Shown in pieces: positions 10,194-21,256 of a stretch of DNA of 55,635 nucleotides; position 1 is the stretch's first letter, and each line of letters starts with the position of its first letter. The DNA lies in NCBI GenBank assembly GCA_964570345.1, contig CAZMXY010000006.1, positions 1-55,635 of the forward strand. The letters run 5' to 3'. Source of the DNA: an uncultured Rhodothermales bacterium (GTDB lineage: Bacteria; Bacteroidota; Rhodothermia; Rhodothermales; VXPQ01). The notes beneath the pieces are model-generated. The model was given only the letters and a program-made list of their open reading frames with translations, was not told the origin of the DNA and made no database searches. The position numbers and the translations under genes are program-made.

Positions 10194-10330
10194 GCGAAGC
10201 AGCGGAGGTTAATGGTGCAGGTCCGAGCCCGCGCGGCCGGCGCCGCCATCGGCTGCGTCGTCCGTTCGACTCGATAACGGTATAGCCGGACGACTTAACG
10301 ATGGTTTCATCCAACGGCGATGTTTGCACC

Positions 10331-10361
10331 TTGACGAGGAACAGGCCGGGTTGATATTTTG
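10331..10361 (+). promoter_or_regulatory. Putative groESL promoter
   Basis: TTGACG (10331-10336) is followed after ~16-18 nt by GATATTTTG (10353-10361). It sits immediately 5' of the CIRCE operator. Inferred from the sequence pattern only. Confidence 0.4.
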
Positions 10362-10368
10362 TTGACCG

Positions 10369-10395
10369 TTAGCACTCACGAATTGAGAGTGCTAA
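10369..10395 (+). promoter_or_regulatory. CIRCE operator (HrcA binding site)
   Basis: Perfect consensus inverted repeat TTAGCACTC-N9-GAGTGCTAA (TTAGCACTC acgaattga GAGTGCTAA), 58 nt upstream of the groES ATG. Confidence 0.9.
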
Positions 10396-10452
10396 CGACG
10401 GGTAGAACCGGCAACGCCGAACGATCACGTAACACATATGGAGGAAAACAGC

Positions 10453-10743
10453 ATGGCAGCAATCAAACCCCTCGGCGACCGCGTCGTGGTTCGTCCGGAG
10501 GCCGCTGAGGAGAAGACCGAAAGCGGACTCTACATCCCCGACACGGCAAAGGAGAAGCCGCAGCGCGGGACCGTCGTTTCCGTAGGGCCTGGACGAGTCG
10601 AGAATGGTACGAAGATCGACATGACCGTCGGTCAGGGAGACAAAGTGCTCTACGGCAAGTACGCCGGAACGGAGATTTCAATCGACGGGGAAGACCTTCT
10701 GATTCTTCGAGAGAACGATATTCTCGGAATCATCGAGGGGTAG
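10453..10743 (+). CDS. groES: Co-chaperonin GroES
   Basis: [15 protein letters not shown]...[23 protein letters not shown]...[11 protein letters not shown]. The ATG at 10453 is preceded by GGAGGA; the ORF-track ATG at 10438 lies inside that Shine-Dalgarno sequence. Confidence 0.95.
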   Translation: MAAIKPLGDRVVVRPEAAEEKTESGLYIPDTAKEKPQRGTVVSVGPGRVENGTKIDMTVGQGDKVLYGKYAGTEISIDGEDLLILRENDILGIIEG

Positions 10744-10751
10744 GAAGTTGA

Positions 10752-12497
<1,746 letters not shown>

Positions 12498-12529
12498 ACC
12501 CTTCTCGTCTCAACGCTTGCAACAGTAAA

Positions 12530-12568
12530 GCGGAGGCGCAACCGGACGGCGTCTCCGCTTTTGCTTTT
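12530..12568 (+). terminator. Rho-independent terminator of groESL
   Basis: GCGGAGGCG (12530-12538) pairs with CGTCTCCGC (12550-12558): 9 bp including one G-U pair, with an 11-nt loop. TTTTGCTTTT follows. Confidence 0.75.
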
Positions 12569-12633
12569 GAGCGCGGCGTATTCGTTGAGCCAGGGCACCG
12601 GTGCACGGCGCGCTCCGGCAGTTTCACGCGTGA

Positions 12634-13434
12634 TCACGCTTTCGAGCCGTGACCCTCGTAGTTCGCGTACGGATCGACGTCCCACGCGTCCGTTAGATGA
12701 TTGATCAGGTCTTCTTCGGTGTCGAGAAACACGCCGTCGGCGTTCGCGATTTTGACGAGATCGTTCAGCGCGGCCATCCTCTGTTCCCTCGGAAGCGAAC
12801 GCCTGACCGAATCGATCGCTCGCTCGATGCGCTCCTCGTCCGGGCCGAGAGCGTACGCCGACGTGGCGCTGTCGAAAACCGAGCGCACGTCCTCCGACGC
12901 CTCGTCCGGCCTCCACTCCTGAAGCTTATTGAGCATGACCTGCATTTCGGTGTGCGCCAGGTCATGGTCCGTACCATGGGCAAGTACGAGATACAGATAA
13001 GCGATGTCGTGTAGGACGCCCCAATCCTCTTCTCGGACAGCCGCCGCATTTTCCGTCTCCCGCGCCACTCCCCAATCGGCGGCCAACCGATCGAGCATGA
13101 TTCGTTCCTGTCGGTGTAACACGCCGTCGGCCATCGCGATGGAAGTGAGATCAGCCAGTACCGTCTCCCTCTGCCCTCTCGTCAAGACGCGCCCGAGACG
13201 CGCGATGGTCTCGGCGGCGCCGGCGTCGACGTCCGTCAGCCTCACGTACCCATCGAGCGCTTCCATGACGAGCGGTTGCACTCGTTCACGTCGCTGCAAA
13301 GCCGAGCGTTCGGCGAGCTTTCTGGTAACCGTCTCCAGTTCGGAATCAGTCAGATAGTCACCCGATTGGTGGGCGATGCACAGGTAAAGGAACGCGAGAT
13401 CGAGAAGACAGCTATGGTCGTCGATGCGGGACAT
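12634..13434 (-). CDS. Tandem TerB-like (tellurite-resistance TerB / DjlA N-terminal type) domain protein
   Basis: 266 aa made of two ~125-aa internal repeats. Repeat 1: LLDLAFLYLCIAHQSGDYLTDSELETV...LADLTSIAMADGVLHRQERIMLDRLAADWGV. Repeat 2: LHDIAYLYLVLAHGTDHDLAHTEMQVM...LNDLVKIANADGVFLDTEEDLINHLTDAWDV. The ADG-x3-x-E-x-x-L pattern is typical of TerB-fold domains. Confidence 0.7.
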   Translation of the reverse strand: MSRIDDHSCLLDLAFLYLCIAHQSGDYLTDSELETVTRKLAERSALQRRERVQPLVMEALDGYVRLTDVDAGAAETIARLGRVLTRGQRETVLADLTSIAMADGVLHRQERIMLDRLAADWGVARETENAAAVREEDWGVLHDIAYLYLVLAHGTDHDLAHTEMQVMLNKLQEWRPDEASEDVRSVFDSATSAYALGPDEERIERAIDSVRRSLPREQRMAALNDLVKIANADGVFLDTEEDLINHLTDAWDVDPYANYEGHGSKA

Positions 13435-13506
13435 GTCCCACCTCCAATCGAGTGCGGCTTTGGGCTGACGTGGGGATATTCAACCTACGAAACGACATGA
13501 ACTGCG

Positions 13507-15102
13507 TTATGGCCGGGCGGCCAGGGTAATCGTAAAGACGCTTCCGCGGCCCTTCTTGCTTTCGACGGTAATTTCACCACCCATCAGCTCCAACAGACGC
13601 TTCGAGACCGTCAATCCCAGCCCACTTCCCTGGTGCGTCCGATCGAGCCCGCTACTCTCCTGCGTAAACGGATCGAATACCTGCGACAGGAAACGATCGT
13701 CGATGCCAATGCCCGTATCCGTGATGGTGATCACGATCGTCGAGTCCTCCCTTGCCACACTGATATCTATGCTTCCATTCTCAGTGAACTTGATGGCGTT
13801 GTCGAGTAAATTGTTCAGCACACGAGACAGCACGCCGTGGTCGACGTTCGCGTAGCATCGGTTCGCCGGCAAAGACAGGTTGATTTCGAGCCCTCGTTCC
13901 TCCGCCAGCGGAGTCAGGGTGAGGGCAATGCTTTCGACGATTTCCGTCACGCTCTGCGCGTGGGCGTCGATCTCCAGGGTACCGGCTTCGAGCTGCGCGA
14001 GATCGAGCATCGAGTCGAGCATGTGCATGAGCCGCCGTCCGCTCCGTTCGATGAGATTGATGAAGCGGTGATATTCCGAGCGTACGCCCTGTCGGAGAAT
14101 GGACGTAAACCCGAGAATCACCGTCAGCGGCGTCCGAATCTCATGGGTCAGATTCGTCAGGAACGTCGATTTGAGCAAGGCCATCTCTTCGGCATGCTCC
14201 TTCGCTTCCAGCAACGTTCGTTCGGTATCCTTTCGCTCGTTGATGTCGATCACGGATCCGATGAAGCCGGTGAACGAACGATCGGGCAAATATCTCGGAA
14301 CGCCGTGATCCAGGATCCACCGGTACACGCCGTCCCTGCGCCGCAGTCGATACTCCAGGCTGAACGTTTCGCGATTATTAAGTGCCCGAGCGTAATTTTC
14401 CAGATATTCCTCGACGTCATCGGGGTGCACGTTCTGAGACCAACCCGTTCCCAGCTCTTGCCGTAGGTCCCGGCCGGTGAACTCGAGCCACGGTTTGTTG
14501 ACGTAGACGTACTTCCCTGATTCATCCGCCACCCAGATGAGCACGGGGGCAGAGTCCGCCATCATGCGGAAACGTTCCTCGCTCTCCTTTAGCGCATTGC
14601 GGGTACGCTTGTGCTCGGTGATGTCGTTCATCACGGTGAGAACGCACGGTACGCCCTCCACGTCAATGAGTTGTGACGAGCAGACGACAGTCTTGATCTC
14701 GCCCGCGCGCGCATAGACGTCGAGTTCGTGTTCATGCAGCGAGGAGTGCTCCCGGACCCGATCGACGAACTCCTCTTGCCTCCGTTCGTCGACCCAGAGC
14801 GAAAGATCGGCGCCCGATTGGCCGATCGCCTCCTCCGCCGTGTAGCCGAAGAACGACGTCCATTCTTCGTTGAGGTCAATGAAGACGCCGTCACTCAGGC
14901 GACTGATCGCGATCGGCGACGGGCTGGCGTGGAAGATCTTGTGGAGGAGGCTCCGACTTTCACGGCTATGGCGCAGTCGCTCGACCGTCTTGCCCTGCGC
15001 CTCCGATCCGAAGTTCGAAACGTCTCGCATGACAGGAACACAGGTCGTTGGTCCGTTGGAGCTCCTCGGAAGGGAGAACCCGGCCGGCTCGATCCCCGCC
15101 AT
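13507..15102 (-). CDS. Soluble PAS-PAS sensor histidine kinase
   Basis: Two PAS domains are followed by the HisKA H-box LTHEIRTPLTVILGF and HATPase_c boxes LNNLLDNAIKFT, DTGIGI and GSGLGLTVS. There is no TM segment and no receiver domain. ATG at 15102; the alternative ATG at 15030 (MRDVS) is possible. Confidence 0.85.
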   Translation of the reverse strand: MAGIEPAGFSLPRSSNGPTTCVPVMRDVSNFGSEAQGKTVERLRHSRESRSLLHKIFHASPSPIAISRLSDGVFIDLNEEWTSFFGYTAEEAIGQSGADLSLWVDERRQEEFVDRVREHSSLHEHELDVYARAGEIKTVVCSSQLIDVEGVPCVLTVMNDITEHKRTRNALKESEERFRMMADSAPVLIWVADESGKYVYVNKPWLEFTGRDLRQELGTGWSQNVHPDDVEEYLENYARALNNRETFSLEYRLRRRDGVYRWILDHGVPRYLPDRSFTGFIGSVIDINERKDTERTLLEAKEHAEEMALLKSTFLTNLTHEIRTPLTVILGFTSILRQGVRSEYHRFINLIERSGRRLMHMLDSMLDLAQLEAGTLEIDAHAQSVTEIVESIALTLTPLAEERGLEINLSLPANRCYANVDHGVLSRVLNNLLDNAIKFTENGSIDISVAREDSTIVITITDTGIGIDDRFLSQVFDPFTQESSGLDRTHQGSGLGLTVSKRLLELMGGEITVESKKGRGSVFTITLAARP

Positions 15103-15328
15103 TGCGGACGACCGGCGTCACGAGGGTCAAAGGGATGGTGTGGCGTCGCTCAAAGTATCGTGTGCGGTCGCTTAGTCCATCGCGTACCGTCAGTCACAAT
15201 CACAGTTCGACGCCAGTTAGCTGAAGTCGTTGCGTAAACTCAAGCGATACGCCGTTACAGTCTTGCAAGAAAATGAAGACGTTACACGGCTCAAGACGGT
15301 CGGTGTGTCGGCGTTTGTGCGCACCCAC

Positions 15329-15358
15329 AAAAAAAGCGGGCCGAACGAGTGACCCGCT
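15329..15358 (-). terminator. Possible rho-independent terminator on the minus strand (orphan)
   Basis: Read on the minus strand: GCGGG-tcactcgttcgg-CCCGC followed by TTTTTTT. The stem is short (5-6 bp) with a 12-nt loop, hence the low confidence. It lies ~40 nt downstream of the stop of the small ORF 15401..15619. Confidence 0.4.
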
Positions 15359-15853
15359 GCCGCGCCGCGTCTCGGGGCCGCGCCGTATGACGTCAGCTTG
15401 TCACGCGCACGTGCACGGCGGCTCAGCGGCCGCAGCCCGCAAGTTTCGGTTAAGGGACGCTTCGAACGGTCTCGATTCGTTGAAATTGAGAGGAAGGGCT
15501 CGGCGACACGTGATCGGCCGCTTGCGCGAGTCAAGTAGCCGCTCGCGACGCCCCTGTATCGCCGTCATCACGGCCAGGGCGGCGCTCTCTAGCATTACGG
15601 CCGAAACTTCTTGACGCATGACATTCTCTCATAGCAATATCGTCAAACGGGCCTGTGCGCCCGATTACGAGGACTAAGATACTGGACGTGGACCCGGACG
15701 GCAATAATTCCCGCCGGCTATTCCACAATTCCAACATGTTTCTTAATAGCGTTCCCGACCCGCACGCGCAAGGCATTTCGCCGCGCAGCCGATTAGTTTC
15801 CCCGCAAACGTCGACGACGAAAGCGGACACGGGCCGAACGTGCCGGAACGGCG

Positions 15854-17248
15854 CTATACGCTCGAGGTCGCGTTCCGAAGTTCCACAATGAAGCGATTTG
15901 CCAGCCGGTCTGCCCGCTCCTGACTGGCCGCTTCGGCGTAAATTCTAATGATCGGCTCGGTGTTGGATTTTCGGAGGTGCACCCAATCGTCGTCAAAATT
16001 GATCTTCAGACCGTCCGTCCTATCGACATCGTGGTCCTCATACCGATCTGCCACGAACCGCAGCACGGTCTCCGGGTCGAGTTCGCCGATCGGCGTCTTG
16101 TTCTTGCTGAGCCTGTAACTCGGCAGCGTGGCACGCAGCGCCGACATCGTGTAATTCTCGTTCGCCAGGTGCTGCAACACGATAGCCGCGCCCGCGAGGG
16201 CGTCTCGCCCGTAATGCAGGTCCGGCAGAATGACGCCGCCGTTTCCCTCGCCACCCAGAATCGCATTCACCTCCTGCATCTTCTTGACGACGTTGATCTC
16301 GCCTACGGCTGAACGAAATACGTTCTGGCCGTGCCGCGCGGCGATGTCGTCGATCGCCCGTGAAGAAGACAAGTTCGTCGCAAAGGGACCGCTACGGATG
16401 CGCCACATGAAGTCTGCCGCGATCACTTGCGTGAGCTCCTCGCTTAGATATTCACCGTCCTCCGCCACGAGTGCGAGGCGGTCCGCGTCGGGATCGACGG
16501 CGAGCCCTACGTCGGCCCCTACCTCCTTCACTCTGGACGTCAGCTCCTTCAAGTTTTCGGGTAGGGGTTCGGCCGGATGAGCAAACCGGCCGGTCGGATC
16601 GCAGTGAAGGCACACGATACGGTCGGCTCGAACCCCGAGCTTTTTCAGCAGGTAAGGAATCGCGATCCCTCCGACGGAATTGACGGCGTCGACCACGACC
16701 TTAAAATTTCGATCCCTGATGACGTCCGGATCGATGAAATCGAGATCCAGAATGCGTGCGACGTGGTATTCGAGAAAGTCGCGGCCGTCGCGCGTTCCGA
16801 TCGCGTCATACGCCACGGTCTTCGATTCGCCGGCATCGGCTATCCGCAGCACCTCCTCTCCCTCTTCAGCCGATAGGAATTCGCCCTTCTCGTTCAGCAG
16901 CTTAAGCGCGTTCCATTCTTCGGGATTATGGGACGCGGACAGAACGATTCCACCGACGGCCTTCGCCTCGATCACGGCCATTTCGACGGTCGGCGTCGTT
17001 GCGAGTCCGGCATCGATGACGTCAAGTCCGGCACTCTGCAGCGTGGACGACACGATCGCGGCGCAAAGGCCGCCCGTCACTCGTGCGTCTCGACCGACGA
17101 CCACGGTGGCCGACGTTCCCTTCTCCGATGCTCTTCGTCGACACCAGGTGCCGTACGCTCCGGCGTAACGTACCAGCGTCGCGGGGTCGAGACCCTGTCC
17201 GAAGATGCCGCGAATGCCAGATATCGAAACGATTAGCGTACTTGCCAT
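15854..17248 (-). CDS. glmM: Phosphoglucosamine mutase (alpha-D-phosphohexomutase family)
   Basis: 464 aa. SGIRGIFG N-terminus, active-site Ser loop SASHNPEEWNALK, Mg-binding loop VDPDADRLA, sugar loop GGEGNGG. GlmM versus PGM/PMM specificity cannot be settled by eye. Confidence 0.8.
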   Translation of the reverse strand: MASTLIVSISGIRGIFGQGLDPATLVRYAGAYGTWCRRRASEKGTSATVVVGRDARVTGGLCAAIVSSTLQSAGLDVIDAGLATTPTVEMAVIEAKAVGGIVLSASHNPEEWNALKLLNEKGEFLSAEEGEEVLRIADAGESKTVAYDAIGTRDGRDFLEYHVARILDLDFIDPDVIRDRNFKVVVDAVNSVGGIAIPYLLKKLGVRADRIVCLHCDPTGRFAHPAEPLPENLKELTSRVKEVGADVGLAVDPDADRLALVAEDGEYLSEELTQVIAADFMWRIRSGPFATNLSSSRAIDDIAARHGQNVFRSAVGEINVVKKMQEVNAILGGEGNGGVILPDLHYGRDALAGAAIVLQHLANENYTMSALRATLPSYRLSKNKTPIGELDPETVLRFVADRYEDHDVDRTDGLKINFDDDWVHLRKSNTEPIIRIYAEAASQERADRLANRFIVELRNATSSV

Positions 17249-17500
17249 TTCAGCCGCGTCGTAGTGTCAGCCGGGGTCGTACTGAGTGAAAGCCGCGTTC
17301 CCATGCGCCCGATCGCCATGGAGAGGAGCGTCGAGCGCAGCGCGCAAACGGCCGGCTTCATCGACGCTGCTGTGGAGTGATGGTTTCGGGCGTCGAAAGA
17401 CGGTTTCAAGACCTTTTAACGGAACTGAGGTACCGTACCCCTGTTGACGCCCTGTCTTCTCAGGCGTCTGACCGGGCATTCCACCATCGATTTACCTGTC

Positions 17501-18502
17501 ATGGCTCCACGTTTCGGATCGCGCGCATACCCGGTTACCGGTGAGGTCCGCCTTCGGTACGGTTTCACGATTCTGACCGCCCTGACCACCGTGATCCTTC
17601 TGGCCTGGGGTGCGTTCGTAACGAGCATAAATGCGGGCCTTGCCGTCCCGGATTGGCCGTCGTCGTTCAACTCGTACGATCCGTTCAACCCGTGGCCGGA
17701 ATGGTGGAAGCTGACGCCGGTGCTCGCAGAACACGGGCACCGGCTCCTCGGCGCGCTCACCGGTACGTTCACGCTGATTCTGGCGATTTGGACGTGCCTA
17801 CGTGATCCGCGACGCTGGATGAAGGTCGTCGCCGTCGGCGCATTGGCCCTCGTCTCCTTCCAGGGCGTGCTCGGTGGAATGCGCGTCGTCCTCCTCTCGC
17901 TCGATCTGGCGGTCGTCCACGCCTGCGTCGCGCAGATTTACTTCGTCCTCATAGTCGGCATGGCCCTCTTTACCTCGCGCACGTGGCTCGAGGCGGAATT
18001 CGGGTCGATCCCATCTACCGACGTCCCGAAACTTCGACAGTTCACACTCCTGACCGCGGGTCTCTTATACGTCCAGATCATCCTCGGAGCGCTGCTACGG
18101 CATCCGGGCACCGGAATCGATCCGCTTCTGGCGGGCCTTCATATCGCAGGCGCAGTCGTAGTATCGACGGCCCTCATTCTTCTCTTCGCCTTCGTCCGCC
18201 GTCGATTTCGTCATGCGCGCATTGGTTTCCCGGCGGCTCTGTTGATCCTTCCTTTGTTGACGGTACAGGTCGTGCTCGGTGTCACCGCCTATCTCGTGAC
18301 GATCGACGACGCCGGCTTTCTCGAGCCTAGCAACCTCCAGGTGGTCGTCAGTACGGTCCATATGGTCACGGGGGCCCTCCTCATGGGAGCCTCTTCCATT
18401 CTGGTTTTCGAGGCATTTCGCCTGCCACGAGAACCCGATTCAGCCAAAGATGCGCAGACCGAGAATTCTCGTATATTGAAAGCGCCGACGCTCAGTAGTT
18501 GA
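17501..18502 (+). CDS. ctaA: Heme A synthase (COX15/CtaA family)
   Basis: Polytopic membrane protein with a PDWPSSF motif and conserved His-containing helices (AEHGHRLLG, GLHIAGAVV, TVHMVTGA). The track start at 17444 is TTG; the ATG at 17501 is preferred. Confidence 0.8.
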   Translation: MAPRFGSRAYPVTGEVRLRYGFTILTALTTVILLAWGAFVTSINAGLAVPDWPSSFNSYDPFNPWPEWWKLTPVLAEHGHRLLGALTGTFTLILAIWTCLRDPRRWMKVVAVGALALVSFQGVLGGMRVVLLSLDLAVVHACVAQIYFVLIVGMALFTSRTWLEAEFGSIPSTDVPKLRQFTLLTAGLLYVQIILGALLRHPGTGIDPLLAGLHIAGAVVVSTALILLFAFVRRRFRHARIGFPAALLILPLLTVQVVLGVTAYLVTIDDAGFLEPSNLQVVVSTVHMVTGALLMGASSILVFEAFRLPREPDSAKDAQTENSRILKAPTLSS

Positions 18503-18515
18503 TTCGTAATCCCCT

Positions 18516-19478
18516 GTGCCCAGAAAACCAGGTCCGTCTTCTTCCGTCGTGAGCGGAGGTCGTGCTCGGGCCGACGCATTGACTGCCGGGTCGGCCTCGA
18601 CCTCAAGGCTCGTTCGTGATTTCTTCGAGCTGACCAAGCCGGAAATTACGTTTCTGGTAGCCCTTTCGTCGGTCGCAGGCTTCGTCCTGGCGCCAACGGA
18701 TCTCTTCGACGCCCGAGCGTTCTTGTTTCTCGTCATCGGCGTGTGCCTGACGAGTGGAGGCGCCAGCACGCTCAACCACTGGCTGGAGCGAGAGAATGAC
18801 GCCCGCATGCGCCGGACGATGCGGCGACCCCTGCCGGCCGGGCGTGTTTCGCCGAACGCGGCCCGAAACTTCGGATGCGTCCTCGTCGCGGCCGGTGTGG
18901 GCATTCTGTGTCCGCTGACGAACCCGCTTACGGGAGTGATCGCCGTCGCCACGGCGCTGATCTATCTGCTCGTGTACACTCCGTTGAAGCAGCATTCGAC
19001 CTGGAACACCCTGATCGGAACGATCCCCGGCGCATTACCCGCCCTCGGAGGCTGGACGGCGGCGACCGGATCGATCGGCTGGGGTGGTGCTGCCGTGTTC
19101 GGCATTCTCGCAGCGTGGCAGATGCCGCACTTTCTTTCGCTGGCCTGGATGTATCGGAAGGATTACGAACGTGCCGGCTACGTGATGCTGCCCGTAGCCG
19201 AGCCCGACGGCGGCTCAACGGTTCGTCAGACCCTCTTCTACACGATCGCTCTCGTCCTGGTTAGTCTTGCACCATTGGTCCTCGGACTCAGCGAATGGCT
19301 CTACGGCATCGGGGCCGCAGGACTGGGTATCTGGTTTCTTGCGGCCTCGGTCGCGTTCTATCGATCTCGTTCCGTGCAGGATGCGCGGCGGGTGCTGCGC
19401 GTCTCGATAGCTTACGTCCCCGCCCTCGTATTCGTGATGCTCCTCGATCGCGTCACCCTCGGCGGCCTCTTTTCCTGA
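18516..19478 (+). CDS. ctaB: Protoheme IX farnesyltransferase (heme O synthase)
   Basis: UbiA superfamily: ELTKPEITFLV and the Asp-rich motif LNHWLERENDARMRRTMRRPLPAGR. It lies directly downstream of ctaA. GTG start at 18516; in-frame GTG 18549 and TTG 18579 are alternatives, and there is no ATG before the conserved region. Confidence 0.88.
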   Translation: MPRKPGPSSSVVSGGRARADALTAGSASTSRLVRDFFELTKPEITFLVALSSVAGFVLAPTDLFDARAFLFLVIGVCLTSGGASTLNHWLERENDARMRRTMRRPLPAGRVSPNAARNFGCVLVAAGVGILCPLTNPLTGVIAVATALIYLLVYTPLKQHSTWNTLIGTIPGALPALGGWTAATGSIGWGGAAVFGILAAWQMPHFLSLAWMYRKDYERAGYVMLPVAEPDGGSTVRQTLFYTIALVLVSLAPLVLGLSEWLYGIGAAGLGIWFLAASVAFYRSRSVQDARRVLRVSIAYVPALVFVMLLDRVTLGGLFS

Positions 19479-19600
19479 GCGAATTTGTGATCGAACGGCA
19501 ACCGCGCGACCGAGCGAAGGGGCCGGCCGACCGGTCGAACCGACCCTTTCGTTCGAAGCGAGAATCTCTGCCGAATCGGATGGGCGGCGCCGATCAGCCG

Positions 19601-20782
19601 ATGGAGGGCACCCGTGAAACGGTCCGACACGGTCACGCGTTCGATGGGGCAAAATCGAGCTCTCTTGCTCAATCGACCACGCGCATTCCATTGGACGTTC
19701 AAAGCTCACTCACTCACCGGACCGATGTGGTCGACCTCAAGACGCTTTCGCGCGCCGAACTCGAAGCGTTCGTCGCCGGCCTAGGGCTGAGAGCGTTTCG
19801 CGGCCGGCAGATCTACAAATGGCTCTACGAGAAAGGAGCAACGTCATTCGGTGAGATGACCGACCTCCCGCAGCGGCTGCGCGATCGCCTGGAGACCATC
19901 GCAGCGATCGGGCGCCTGGAGCCGGGTCGGGTGCAGACGGCCTCCGACCAGACCATCAAAGCGCTCTTCACGCTTCCTACCGGACGCCGCGTCGAGACGG
20001 TCCTGATTCCAGACGTCGCCCCGGACGGCAGCGTCAATCGGCTGACCGTGTGCGTGTCAAGCCAGGTTGGATGCGCCATGGCCTGCGGCTTTTGCGCCAC
20101 GGGCATGATGGGTTTCCAGCAAAATCTGACGCCCGGAGAAATCTTCGATCAAGCATTCTACATGAATCGCCTCGCGATCGAGAGGTACGGCCGTGCGATC
20201 TCAAACGTCGTCTTCATGGGGATGGGCGAACCGCTCCTCAATTATGAGCGAGTGATGCTCGGCATCGAGGCGCTAATCCATCCGGATGGCCTCGGGCTCG
20301 CTCCTAGACGAATCACGCTGTCGACGGTCGGCCTCGCGCGGCGCATCAAACAATTGGCGGATGAGGACCTGGGAATCAACCTCGCCGTATCGCTGCATGC
20401 ACCCACGGATACGAAGCGGAGCAGCATCATGCCGGTCAATCGAGCCGGCGCGACCGATCTGACCGCGCTCCGCGATGCCATTCGGTATTACTCGGCTTCA
20501 ACTGGACGGCGGGTGACGTACGAGTACTGCATGTTTCACGGCTTCAACGACTCGGTAGAAGACGCCGTCCAACTTGCTGAAGTCGTCGAGTGGGCGCCGA
20601 GCAAGGTCAATCTCATCATGTACAATCCCGTTGAGGGACTGGCGTTCGAACGAACCCCGGAAGACCGGCTCGATGCCTTCATTCGCACTCTCTTGCAGCG
20701 GGGCGTGACGGTCACGGTACGCCGAAGCCGGGGCCAGGACATCGACGCGGCCTGTGGTCAGCTTGCCGTCAGGGAGAATTGA
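19601..20782 (+). CDS. rlmN: 23S rRNA/tRNA (adenine-C2)-methyltransferase RlmN (radical SAM)
   Basis: LGLRAFRGRQIYKWLY N-terminal domain, CVSSQVGCAMACGFCATG (CxxxCxxC), GMGEPLLNY, and the C-terminal catalytic Cys DIDAACGQL. The track ORF (from 19295) overlaps ctaB. The ATG at 19601 or the GTG at 19727 (just before the conserved N-terminus) is the likely start. Confidence 0.88.
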   Translation: MEGTRETVRHGHAFDGAKSSSLAQSTTRIPLDVQSSLTHRTDVVDLKTLSRAELEAFVAGLGLRAFRGRQIYKWLYEKGATSFGEMTDLPQRLRDRLETIAAIGRLEPGRVQTASDQTIKALFTLPTGRRVETVLIPDVAPDGSVNRLTVCVSSQVGCAMACGFCATGMMGFQQNLTPGEIFDQAFYMNRLAIERYGRAISNVVFMGMGEPLLNYERVMLGIEALIHPDGLGLAPRRITLSTVGLARRIKQLADEDLGINLAVSLHAPTDTKRSSIMPVNRAGATDLTALRDAIRYYSASTGRRVTYEYCMFHGFNDSVEDAVQLAEVVEWAPSKVNLIMYNPVEGLAFERTPEDRLDAFIRTLLQRGVTVTVRRSRGQDIDAACGQLAVREN

Positions 20783-20916
20783 GCGCCGGCGGTCCGATTC
20801 AACCGGTCCGCGCTGAGGCGACGATGCAGAGCCCGCTGTAATAAGGCCGTGACTATGGGGATCAGGCTGACGCTTGGACATGGAGATCGTATATTGACGA
20901 AAACGGTGACCTGTTC

Positions 20917-21189
20917 ATGAGCAAACACGAAATCGTCTACCCGATGAAGAGTACGTCCCAGGAGCCAGACGCACCAAGCGGCCTTGTCTCGCTGCTACTC
21001 GGTTTTTTCGGCGTCACGGCGGCTTTCCTGCTGCTGCCGAAGACGATCAAGTTCGTGATTCGTCATTTCGTGCTGGGCATCGTCTCCGAGATCGTCGCCG
21101 TCGTCCTTGCCGGATTGCTCACCGAGAAACTCATCGATCTCATCGGGCGCGACGCGTCGGATTCCCCGGTGATCGACTCTTCGCAGTGA
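20917..21189 (+). CDS. Small hypothetical membrane protein
   Basis: 90 aa, ATG start, two hydrophobic helices (LVSLLLGFFGVTAAFLLL, GIVSEIVAVVLAGLL). No recognisable family. Confidence 0.5.
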   Translation: MSKHEIVYPMKSTSQEPDAPSGLVSLLLGFFGVTAAFLLLPKTIKFVIRHFVLGIVSEIVAVVLAGLLTEKLIDLIGRDASDSPVIDSSQ

Positions 21190-21256
21190 TGCGCTCGGCG
21201 ATCGATTGGAAGCCTGTTCGCCCCGCGCAGCTTCCGAGACGGCGCGCCTATCATTT

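Noticed and set aside
15330-15640. Tested as tmRNA, SRP (4.5S) RNA or 6S RNA on the minus strand
   Set aside because: There is no GGGGCUGA-type 5' end, no tRNA-like 3' end with a T-arm and CCA context, no ...ALAA-stop tag frame, and no SRP domain IV GGAA/AGCA motif. It is kept only as an unclassified candidate in the findings.
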